Assembly: GCA_963811435.1 (NCBI GenBank)
Contig: CAWERD010000006.1
Span: 1,627,967 to 1,691,966, forward strand
Direction of reading: 5' to 3'
Length of the DNA stretch: 64,000 bases
Source: Vicinamibacterales bacterium
GTDB taxonomy: Bacteria > Acidobacteriota > Vicinamibacteria > Vicinamibacterales > JAMQPK01
Shown one piece after another: positions 26,441 through 34,698 of this stretch (its first letter is position 1; each line of letters opens with the position of its first letter). The notes beneath the pieces are model-generated. The model had not been told where the DNA came from, made no database searches, and worked only from the letters and a program-made list of their open reading frames with translations. Made by a program: the position numbers and the translations under genes.

Positions 26441-27631
26441 GTGCAGTTCCATCGCACCCCCATATCTTGTGTGGCCGCGCTCTTTTTTGCCGTGCTGTCT
26501 CTGGCGCGCCTGTCCAATGCGGCCGTCACGTTTCCGCTCGAAGTGAAATGGAGCGCGGCGCTCGCTGCGCCTCCCGCGTTTGCACCAGCGTTTGACAACG
26601 ACCAGGTCTACGTTTCACTGCGGACCAATCAGCTCGTTGCGCTGCTCATCAAAGACGGCAAGCCCGTGTGGTCGGTCGAATGCCCGATGACCGCGCCACC
26701 GGCTGCGGGAGACGGCCTCGTCTATGCTGGCAGCGAGGATCTGATCGAGGCACGAACCCAGGCCGATGGGAGGGCGCAGTGGCGTCGTCCGATCAGCGGA
26801 CGTGTCACTCGTCTGGATTGGGATACAGGGTGGCTGTTCGCCTCAACCGAAACGGGCCCACTGCTCGCCATTCGTGCCATAGACGGTGAAGTGATCTGGC
26901 AGCGCGACCTCGGCTCGCCGCTCAGTGCACCACCCGCGGCGACCGGAGATCGCCTCTATCTGGGATTGAAAGACGGCCGCGTGCTGGCGGTGTCGCTCCA
27001 GACCGGCGAAGACATCTGGACGCAGAAGCTGGCAGAGTCGGCCGTCGGCATCCTGCCGGTGGGCGACCGCGTGTTCGTGGGCGCCCGCGACAACCAGTTT
27101 CACTCGCTCGACGCCAAAGACGGCGATGACGATTGGCACTACCCGACCGGCGCCGACCTGCTTGGCCTGCCCGTGCTCGATGAGCGTCGCGTCTATTTCA
27201 TCGCGCTCGACAATGTTCTTCGCGGACACAGCCGCAACGGCGGAACGATGCTGTGGAAGGCTATTCTGCCGATGCGGCCGTTTACAGGACCGATCTTGAG
27301 CGGTCAGATCTTGATTGTGCCGGGCGTGGCCGCCGAACTGCACGCCTACGACGCACGGACCGGAAAGCCAACCGGACAGAAATTCATGCTGAAGGGAGCA
27401 GAGAACGAGGAAATGCTCCTGGCTGCGCCGCCTCACCTGACGACTCAGGATCTGCTGATTCTGGTGACCAGGGGCGGACAAGTGCGCGCCGTCGGCAGCG
27501 TCCCCGCACCGCCGGAGGCCGCTCCCGCTCCGCCCGCGCCCAGCCCCGCAAACCCTGCCGAGACCCCACCAGCCACAACGCCTGCACCTGAGGCCGCGCC
27601 TGCCCCAGGCGCCGCCGGCACCACCAAGTGA
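26441..27631 (+). CDS. PQQ-like beta-propeller repeat protein (BamB-like) with Pro/Ala-rich tail
   Basis: ORF 26228..27631 trimmed to GTG 26441, after the divergent dnaE start. Signal-like CVAALFFAVLSLARLSNA. Repeated ...G..vW....... blades (DGKPVWSVE, DGRAQWRR, DGEVIWQRD, TGEDIWTQK, DGDDDWHYP, GGTMLWKA). C-terminal PAPPEAAPAPPAPSPANPAETPP. Confidence 0.8.
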   Translation: MQFHRTPISCVAALFFAVLSLARLSNAAVTFPLEVKWSAALAAPPAFAPAFDNDQVYVSLRTNQLVALLIKDGKPVWSVECPMTAPPAAGDGLVYAGSEDLIEARTQADGRAQWRRPISGRVTRLDWDTGWLFASTETGPLLAIRAIDGEVIWQRDLGSPLSAPPAATGDRLYLGLKDGRVLAVSLQTGEDIWTQKLAESAVGILPVGDRVFVGARDNQFHSLDAKDGDDDWHYPTGADLLGLPVLDERRVYFIALDNVLRGHSRNGGTMLWKAILPMRPFTGPILSGQILIVPGVAAELHAYDARTGKPTGQKFMLKGAENEEMLLAAPPHLTTQDLLILVTRGGQVRAVGSVPAPPEAAPAPPAPSPANPAETPPATTPAPEAAPAPGAAGTTK

Positions 27632-30600
27632 AGACCGCCGCCATTGCGCGCCCGCTTCGCCGGATTTACCTGACCGGCCTCGCGTGTGCCGTGGCCGCCG
27701 CTGTCGGCGGAATCGCGCTCGAGCGCGCACGATTTGGCCCCAGCGAACAGGACGCGATGAGACGCGTCGAGCAATCGGCGCGCGTGGAGATCGATGAGGT
27801 CGCGGCCGCGCTGAACGACATCGCCGTATCGGTTGGACGAGAACCGGCGCTCTTCGATACCGCCGCCGCCGATCCCGCAGGCGCGCGGCCGTTGCTCGAT
27901 CGCGCCGATCAGGCGCTGCAGGCGCGCACGGCCGGTGTATTCGCGGTCACCGCATACCGGCCCAGTGGCGCCTACCCCCTCGCGTGGAGCGGCGTGCCGT
28001 CGGAGGTCGGCGTCGATCGCATCGCCGGCCCCGAGGCGTTCTTCGTGGCGCCCGGGCCGCTCGGCCTCCGCCTTGTCTATGTCAAGCCGATCCTCGATCC
28101 GGTCAGCGGCCACCGCGTCGGCGTGATCGCGGCCGAGCGCGTCGTCTCGTCGTCACGGGGCGTCCGCACGGCAACACTCGAAGAAGGTGTGCTGTCGCTG
28201 CCGACGCTGGTACCGGTCACGGTGCGCCCGTACGACGCCGCAGCCGGTCAGCAGGGATTCGTCATTCAATCGCCGTTGGGGCAACCCCTGCTCGTCGCGC
28301 GTGTCACGTCGCGTGCGATTCAGGACACGCGCACGGTCTGGCGCGAAAACGTCTCTGCCGTCGTGCTCGGCATTCTGGCGCTGACGCTCATCGTCTCGCT
28401 GCCACGGCTGCTCAGGTGGCGAGCCTCGTTCCCGACGCTGCTGGGGCATGTGAAAGCCAACGCTGTCGTGCTGGCCGTCCTGGTGGCCGCGCGGGTGCTG
28501 CTGTGGTTTGCGCCAACCGCTCGATGGACCGACCAGGTGTTTCATACCGCCACGCTGGGTCCCGGACTGCGCGTTCTGCTCCGAACCCCGATCGATTTCC
28601 TGCTGACGATGGCCACGCTCACAGCCATGGTCGTGCTGGCCTTCGATCTCGTCGAGCGGCTCCGGCGCACGCTTCGACAGCGGCTACCGCCTCCGGAGAG
28701 CCACAAGGAATGGCTCGCATTCGCCGCGGCGCAGCTGACCGCAGGCGCCCTCGTCGCGCTCCTGCTCGTCGGTTACGAGGTCCTGCTGGGAAACGCGATC
28801 GCCGCGACGTCGGTCGATGCGCTCCACTTCTCGCTGCATCCGCTCGTACCGGCCCGGCTTGCGTTTGCCGTCGGCTTGATCCTGGCGCAGGCCGTGGTCT
28901 TCTGGACGGCCATCCTAATCGTGCTCGTGACCGCAGCGCCCTGGCGATTGCCGCGCACCGGCAGCATCGCCCTCGCGGCATTTACGCTGCAGGCGCTCCC
29001 CGTTCTTCTCATTTCGACCTTTCCTCGAACGATCGGCGCGGCGCCCTCGACGGTGCCGGCGCCGCCGACCGCCTTCGCCGGGCTTGCGTGTCTTGCGCTG
29101 GCCTGGGGCATCTCGCGCCTGCGGCCCCGCTACCGCCACGCGTCGCAGGCACTCCGCCTCTTCGCAGGCGCCCTGGTCTTGCTGATCACCGCGTTCGTCC
29201 TCTACCCGTCGGTTCATCATTTCGCCGATCGTGGCCTGCGCCGTCTCATCGAAGAGGAATATGCGCGCCAAGTCAAAGACCAGCGCGAAGAGCTGAAGGC
29301 CAAGCTCACGACGGTGCTGCAGCAGATTGACGCGCTCGAGATGCCAAATCTTGCGGCGGCGCCACGAACGGTGCTCGCCACCTCGAACGCGGCGTTCGAG
29401 CTGTGGGGTCGAACGAACCTCGCGACCGAGCGCCTTGCCTCGTCGCTCGAGTTGTATACCCCCGCGGGCAGGCTGGCCAGCCGATTCGCGAACCTTCCCG
29501 ACTACGTCTCGACGACCCAGGAATGGAAGGAGCCGAGCTGCGACTGGGAAACATTCGAGGAGGCGTCACGCTTCGGATCTGAGGAGCGGCGGCTGTTTCA
29601 CGCGGGACGTGGCATCTGCGAGCCCGGCGCCGACGTGCCCACCGGCGGCTCGGTCGTCGTCAACGTGATGCTCGACTACGAGACGCTGCCGTTTATCACT
29701 GTCCGTAATCCGTACAACGAGCTCATCCGCCCTGCCGATACTCCGCCGACCGAAGGTTCGGTCGGCCGCGCCGTGCAATTCGTGGCGTATGGCTGGGGCC
29801 GTAGCGCGCACTATTCGTCGAGCACCCGCGCATGGCCGCTCGACGATACGCTGCTGAACGTCATCGCACAGTCACGGCGTCCATTCTGGACGACGATCAG
29901 CGACGGCGAGCGCAGTTATTCCACCTATATCCAGAACGATCGTGTCGGCATCTACGTGATCGGGTTTCCGGTGATCACGAGGATGGATCACCTGATCAAT
30001 CTCGCGGAGTTGTCGACGCTGGTCGGCTTCACCTATGTCGTGGTGCTGATGCTGGCGTGGTCGGCGTCTGCGCTCGGGGGAACGACGGCGTCGTCGGGCC
30101 GCGCGCTGCTCCGCGAGGTGCGCGCCAGCTTCTACCGCAAGCTGTTCCTCGCATTCCTCGCGTCGGCGGTTCTGCCGGTGATGGTGCTTGCGCTGGCCAC
30201 CCGCACGTTCTTCGAGCTGCAGCTCCAGTCGAGCGTGCAGTCCGACGCGGTGCGCGTCGCCGCCGTTGCGCAACGTGTCATCGAAGAATACGTGGCATTG
30301 CAGAACTCAGATGCCGGCGAGCCGAGCGACGACATTATGGTATGGCTCAGCCGGGCCGTCGCGCAGGACGTCAACATCTATCGCGGCCCGACGCTCCTCG
30401 CCACGAGCGAGCGCGACCTCTTCACCTCGGGACTGCTGCCAGAGCGGACGCCGGGCCACGTGTATCGCGCCATCGAAATCGAGCGCCTGTCGAGCCACGT
30501 CGGCCAGGAAGTGATCGGCTCGACGCCGCACGTGCTGGCCGCCGCGCCGGTAAGGCTCGAAGGAGGGCGCGCGATTCTGACCGTGCCGCTCGCGCTGCGA

Positions 30601-31572
30601 CAACAGGAGGTCGACCGTCAGATTGATACGCTCGACCGCAGAGTGCTGCTGGCGGCGGTGCTGTTCGCGCTCCTCGGCGCCGCCATCGGGTATTACATGG
30701 CCGAGCGCATCGGCGACCCGGTGAATCGTCTTACTCGCGCCACGCGCCGCATTGCGCGCGGCGACTTCAGCGCGCGCGTCGCAGAGACCTCCTCGGACGA
30801 GTTACGGAAGCTTGTCGCCGACTTCAACCAGATGGCGGCCGACCTCGAGCGCCAGCGCAACGAGCTGCAGCGTACCCATCGCCTCGAGGCGTGGGCCGAG
30901 ATGGCGCGCCAGGTGGCGCACGAAATCAAGAACCCGCTCACGCCGATCCAGTTGTCGTCCGAGCATCTGGTGCGCGTGAACAAGGACAGAGGGGAACCGC
31001 TGACGCCGGTGCTCGAAGAGTGCGTGACGTCGATCCTCTCGCAGGTGAAGCTGCTTCGGCAGATTTCGGCCGAGTTCTCCAGCTTCGCATCTCGTCCCAC
31101 GCCGCACCCGGCGCCGACGTCGCTCGCCGAGCTGATTCCGTCGGTCGTCGAGCCGTACATCACCGGGCTGGCCGGCCGCATCCGCGTGGACGTCGATGTG
31201 CCGGCCTCGCTGCCGACCGTCGTGGTCGACCGCGTGCTGCTCTCGCGCGCGTTGACCAACATGATTGAAAACGCACTGCATGCGATGCCCGGCAACGGCA
31301 CCCTGACGATACGAGCCGCAGCCCGAGCCTCGACGATCCGGCTGTCGGTGGCAGATAGCGGAACGGGCATGGATTCAGAAGCGCTCCGCCGCATCTTCGA
31401 GCCGTACTTCTCGACCAAAGCGACGGGAACCGGACTCGGGCTGACGATCGCGAAGAGAAACGTCGAGCTGAACGGCGGAAGGATTCAAGTGGAGTCAGCG
31501 TTGGGGAAGGGGACGACGGTGATTATCGAGCTGCCGGTATCTGAGACCGAGAAACTAAAATCTGAAATCTAG
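27628..31572 (+). CDS. large multi-TM sensor histidine kinase, NtrY-like transmitter
   Basis: 1314 aa. ATGA coupling to the upstream propeller gene. Many TM helices, a HAMP-like segment (GDPVNRLTRATRRIARGDFS) and an H-box EMARQVAHEIKNPLTPIQLSSEHL. N/G boxes LTNMIENALHAM, VADSGTGMD and GTGLGLTIAKR. Confidence 0.88.
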   Translation: MKTAAIARPLRRIYLTGLACAVAAAVGGIALERARFGPSEQDAMRRVEQSARVEIDEVAAALNDIAVSVGREPALFDTAAADPAGARPLLDRADQALQARTAGVFAVTAYRPSGAYPLAWSGVPSEVGVDRIAGPEAFFVAPGPLGLRLVYVKPILDPVSGHRVGVIAAERVVSSSRGVRTATLEEGVLSLPTLVPVTVRPYDAAAGQQGFVIQSPLGQPLLVARVTSRAIQDTRTVWRENVSAVVLGILALTLIVSLPRLLRWRASFPTLLGHVKANAVVLAVLVAARVLLWFAPTARWTDQVFHTATLGPGLRVLLRTPIDFLLTMATLTAMVVLAFDLVERLRRTLRQRLPPPESHKEWLAFAAAQLTAGALVALLLVGYEVLLGNAIAATSVDALHFSLHPLVPARLAFAVGLILAQAVVFWTAILIVLVTAAPWRLPRTGSIALAAFTLQALPVLLISTFPRTIGAAPSTVPAPPTAFAGLACLALAWGISRLRPRYRHASQALRLFAGALVLLITAFVLYPSVHHFADRGLRRLIEEEYARQVKDQREELKAKLTTVLQQIDALEMPNLAAAPRTVLATSNAAFELWGRTNLATERLASSLELYTPAGRLASRFANLPDYVSTTQEWKEPSCDWETFEEASRFGSEERRLFHAGRGICEPGADVPTGGSVVVNVMLDYETLPFITVRNPYNELIRPADTPPTEGSVGRAVQFVAYGWGRSAHYSSSTRAWPLDDTLLNVIAQSRRPFWTTISDGERSYSTYIQNDRVGIYVIGFPVITRMDHLINLAELSTLVGFTYVVVLMLAWSASALGGTTASSGRALLREVRASFYRKLFLAFLASAVLPVMVLALATRTFFELQLQSSVQSDAVRVAAVAQRVIEEYVALQNSDAGEPSDDIMVWLSRAVAQDVNIYRGPTLLATSERDLFTSGLLPERTPGHVYRAIEIERLSSHVGQEVIGSTPHVLAAAPVRLEGGRAILTVPLALRQQEVDRQIDTLDRRVLLAAVLFALLGAAIGYYMAERIGDPVNRLTRATRRIARGDFSARVAETSSDELRKLVADFNQMAADLERQRNELQRTHRLEAWAEMARQVAHEIKNPLTPIQLSSEHLVRVNKDRGEPLTPVLEECVTSILSQVKLLRQISAEFSSFASRPTPHPAPTSLAELIPSVVEPYITGLAGRIRVDVDVPASLPTVVVDRVLLSRALTNMIENALHAMPGNGTLTIRAAARASTIRLSVADSGTGMDSEALRRIFEPYFSTKATGTGLGLTIAKRNVELNGGRIQVESALGKGTTVIIELPVSETEKLKSEI

Positions 31573-31668
31573 AAACTAGAATCTAGAATCTAGAATCTAG
31601 AATCTGGAATCTTCCTGAGACTCCTTCAGATTTTATATTTTAGATTCTAGTTTTTAGATTCCAGATTC
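31549..31668. repeat. hairpin built from CTAGAAT / ATTCTAG-type heptamers between convergent kinase and pssA genes
   Basis: gaaacta aaatctg aaatcta gaaacta gaatcta gaatcta gaatcta gaatctg gaatct ...loop... agatttt atatttt agattct agttttt agattcc agattc. Both stop codons (TAG 31570-31572 and the complement of 31647-31649) lie inside the arms. Confidence 0.88.
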
Positions 31669-32462
31669 TTCTCCTCGTTTTTCCTTATCGCGTACACGTT
31701 CTGCGGGTGCGCCGGCTCTGCTCTCGGGTGCCAGCGCGCCAGAATCATTTCGATAAACGCAGAGCTCATGTATCCGTATGAAAGCGTAACGAGCGCCAGC
31801 GCCGGATGCGCCGAAACAAAGGCGATCAGCATGGCGATGACCAGCAGCACCGTGTAAGAGCGGCGTGCCTGCAGATCGAAGGTCTTGAAGCTGCGGAACT
31901 TGATGGTGCTGACCATCAGGAACGCCGGAACGAGCACCAGCGCGAGCACCGGAATCGCGCCGATGGGCTCCTGGAAGCCCGACGGATACGCGAAGATGGT
32001 TGACGCCGGCACCGTTGCGGCCGCCGGGCTGGGCATGCCCACGAAGTAGCGCTTGTCGACCGACCCCGCCTGGATGTTGAAACGCGCGAGGCGCATTGCT
32101 GCGGCGGTGACGTAGACGAAACCCGCAGCCCACCCCCAGTTGCCGAGCGATGTCAGCCCCCAGGAGAAGGTCAGAATGGCCGGTGCGATTCCGAACGAAA
32201 TGATGTCGGCGAGCGAATCGAACTGCAGCCCGAACTCGCTGGTGGTGCCGGTCAGACGCGCGATACGCCCATCGAGCGTGTCGAGCACCATGGCGATGCC
32301 CACAAAGGGCGCCGCAATCGCATACTCGCCGCGCATTGAGTAGATGACGCAGGCGTACCCGCAAAACAGGTTGCCCAGCGTCATGAGGCTGGGCAGCAGG
32401 TAGACCCCGCGCCTCAGTCGCCGCTCCTTGACGTCGGTGTGCCGCCGGTGAGGCGTCAGCAT
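31647..32462 (-). CDS. pssA: CDP-diacylglycerol--serine O-phosphatidyltransferase
   Basis: 271 aa. CDP-alcohol phosphatidyltransferase motif DTLDGRIARLTGTTSEFGLQFDSLADIISF and multiple TM helices. Confidence 0.9.
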   Translation of the reverse strand: MLTPHRRHTDVKERRLRRGVYLLPSLMTLGNLFCGYACVIYSMRGEYAIAAPFVGIAMVLDTLDGRIARLTGTTSEFGLQFDSLADIISFGIAPAILTFSWGLTSLGNWGWAAGFVYVTAAAMRLARFNIQAGSVDKRYFVGMPSPAAATVPASTIFAYPSGFQEPIGAIPVLALVLVPAFLMVSTIKFRSFKTFDLQARRSYTVLLVIAMLIAFVSAHPALALVTLSYGYMSSAFIEMILARWHPRAEPAHPQNVYAIRKNEEKNLESKN

Positions 32463-32473
32463 GCCTAAGGAGT

Positions 32474-33125
32474 CTATCGCACGTTCCCTGACGAAGGATT
32501 AGGGTGAAGGACGGCGATGACTGTTTCCCCTCCGACCACCCTGTCGCCGATCGAGACGCGTAACTCGGCACCTGTCGGAACAAACACGTCCATGCGCGAG
32601 CCGAACTTCATGATGCCGAAGCGCTCTCCGGCCTTGAGCTCGGCGCCCGGTTTCACGCGGCAGACCACCCGGCGGGCCAGGATGCCGACGATTTGCCGGA
32701 ACACTACGGCAAAGCCGTCATGATCGACCCATACCTCGCTGCGCTCGTTGGTCGCCGCCGCATCGCGATGGTAGGCGGGAAGGTATCTTCCCTCGCCGAA
32801 AGTCGACTTTCGTGACGCGGCCCGACACCGGCGACCGATTGACGTGCACGTCGATCGGCGAGAGAAAGATGCTGACTTGTTTCCAGTCTCCGGGCGGCGC
32901 CGCGGCCGGATCCGCGGTGCCGGCCACAAGCACACGACCGTCGGCGGGCGAGAGCACGAGCGCCGGATCCTGGGGAGATACGCGATCGGGGTCGCGAAAG
33001 AAGTAGAGAAAGAAACCGGCGAGCATCAAAAGTGGCACGGCGCCGACGACGCCGACGGTCAGAGCCGCCGCTATCGCAAGAGCGGCCGTGCCACCAATGA
33101 ATGGATAACCGGCTGAGTCGATCAT
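32474..33125 (-). pseudogene. psd: phosphatidylserine decarboxylase (short Asd-type), one frameshift near 32790-32795
   Basis: N-terminal part is in ORF 32718..33125 (…SIFLSPIDVHVNRSPVSGRVTKVDFRRGK). C-terminal part is in ORF 32474..32935 (YLPAYHRDAAATNERSEVWVDH...GIMKFGSRMDVFVP). The junction looks like one extra A in ggg aag a tac ctt. Confidence 0.85.
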
Positions 33126-33126
33126 A

Positions 33127-33154
33127 AAGGGGTCTGACCCGAATCAGACCCCTT
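33127..33154 (-). terminator. hairpin aaggggtctga-cccgaa-tcagacccctt downstream of the DUF465 gene
   Basis: Perfect 11-bp stem with a 6-nt loop and no clear U-tract. It shares the GGGGTCTGA/TCAGACCCC core with the elements inside recN and mutS. Confidence 0.45.
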
Positions 33155-33162
33155 ATCTTAAG

Positions 33163-33432
33163 TCAGTGTGAGATCGCGGGTGACGACGACGTGAACCGCG
33201 CTGACGCTTCACCGCGATGGCGACGCAATATATCTTCCATCCTGTCTTTGAGCTGGAGCTTGCGTTTCTTGAGGGTGATTTCTTCGACTTGCTCGGGTTC
33301 TGACAGGTATGACTTACCAGAAAGTTCGTGGAGGCGATCGTCGAGTTCGTGGTGTTGCGTCGCGAGCTGTCGGAACTCTTCGTCAGTTTTGAGAAGAAGC
33401 TCCTTCAACTCCTGGACATTCGCGGTGTGCAT
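33163..33432 (-). CDS. DUF465 (YdcH-like) coiled-coil protein
   Basis: 89 aa. ...LKELLLKTDEEFRQLATQHHELDDRLHELSGKSYLSEPEQVEEITLKKRKLQLKDRME matches the DUF465 pattern. Confidence 0.75.
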   Translation of the reverse strand: MHTANVQELKELLLKTDEEFRQLATQHHELDDRLHELSGKSYLSEPEQVEEITLKKRKLQLKDRMEDILRRHRGEASARFTSSSPAISH

Positions 33433-33509
33433 GCCCGGCCTCCTTTAAAGGAAGTATTGGACTCATGAGAAGCCGAACCGTACCACAAGGGCCCGGCCCG
33501 TTCAAGCAG

Positions 33510-33977
33510 TCATCGTGTCGTTCGTATTCCTCCTCTCCATAGGATAAGCGCATCTTCGGACGGGCTGACGTAATAATTCGGCCGGGTCGCGGCCACCTCG
33601 AAGCCGAGACGCTCGTACAGACGCCTCGCTGGGGCATTTGACCGGCGAACTTCCAGCGTAGCTCGCTCGGCCCCCCGGCTTGCCCCGGCCTGAATGGCGT
33701 GCTCGAGCAGCGCGGAGCCCACCCCACGACCCCGGAAGTCACCCCTGACGGCGAGATTGTTGATGTGCACCTCATCAAGAACCAGCCAGAACGAGCAAAA
33801 TGCGACGACGCCCTCCCCTGGTACCCGGAGCACGTACAAAAAAAACGACACGTCGGGGTTCTGGAGCTCGCGCTGATACATCTCGCGGGTCCAGGGATTG
33901 CTGAATGAGCCCTTCTCGATGGCGACGATCTCGTCGAGGTCGTGTTCCGAGAGGGTGCGTTCGATGGTCCAGTCCAT
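33510..33977 (-). CDS. rimI: ribosomal-protein-alanine N-acetyltransferase (GNAT)
   Basis: 155 aa. IVAIEKGSFSNPWTREMYQREL... and the acetyl-CoA motif VRGDFRGRGVGSALLEHA. Lies immediately downstream of tsaB, the conserved tsaB-rimI arrangement. Confidence 0.8.
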   Translation of the reverse strand: MDWTIERTLSEHDLDEIVAIEKGSFSNPWTREMYQRELQNPDVSFFLYVLRVPGEGVVAFCSFWLVLDEVHINNLAVRGDFRGRGVGSALLEHAIQAGASRGAERATLEVRRSNAPARRLYERLGFEVAATRPNYYVSPSEDALILWRGGIRTTR

Positions 33978-33979
33978 GG

Positions 33980-34681
33980 CTATGTGGCCGGCCGGCCCTG
34001 CCCCACCTTGCGATCGCGCGCGAGTTCTGCATCCGATCGGCGGATATAGATGGGCCGGATCGCACCCGCCGGCGAAGGGCCGTGCTGCTGGATGTGCATC
34101 TCGGCCAGCCTGGCAACGCTCGGTGCCAGCGGGGGAAGCGGGTCGAGGAGACGCGCCCGCGAGTCGGCCCGGCGAATCAGGTCACGATACGCGAGCGCGC
34201 CATCGCCGGCAAACATGTGCGGGCGTAACCCCTCGAGTCGCCAGCGCGAGAGAATCTCCGCGGGCTGCTCCACGATGGCGCATTCCAACGGAGCGCCGTC
34301 TTTGTAGACGGCCGAAAAGACCTGCCCGCGCTGCGCATCCATCCAGACAGCCACTTCGTCGTGCGGCGCAGCCACGGCGTCATAGAGCGCGTCGAGTGCC
34401 GAAATGCCAACCAGCGACTTGGTATTGGCAAGCGCAAGGCCCTGCATCGAGGCGATGCCGATGCGAAGCCCCGTGAACGATCCTGGCCCGGACGCGACGG
34501 CGAACACATCCACATCGGCGACGCGCAGCGCGTGACCGCCGAGCACGCGCAGCAAGTCTCCCGGCAATCGCTCCCCATGCGTCGTCCCGGCGTCGCCCTG
34601 ATAGGTCGCCAGGAGCGCGCCGTCGCGCGTCAGCGCGATGCTTCCCTGCCGGGTTGTGGTGTCGAGAGCGAGCACCAGCAT
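33980..34681 (-). CDS. tsaB: tRNA threonylcarbamoyladenosine biosynthesis protein TsaB
   Basis: MLVLALDTTTRQGSIALTRDG...FAVASGPGSFTGLRIGIASMQGLALA is the typical YeaZ/TsaB N-terminal domain. Confidence 0.88.
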   Translation of the reverse strand: MLVLALDTTTRQGSIALTRDGALLATYQGDAGTTHGERLPGDLLRVLGGHALRVADVDVFAVASGPGSFTGLRIGIASMQGLALANTKSLVGISALDALYDAVAAPHDEVAVWMDAQRGQVFSAVYKDGAPLECAIVEQPAEILSRWRLEGLRPHMFAGDGALAYRDLIRRADSRARLLDPLPPLAPSVARLAEMHIQQHGPSPAGAIRPIYIRRSDAELARDRKVGQGRPAT

Positions 34682-34698
34682 GTAAAATTCAATTCTAC

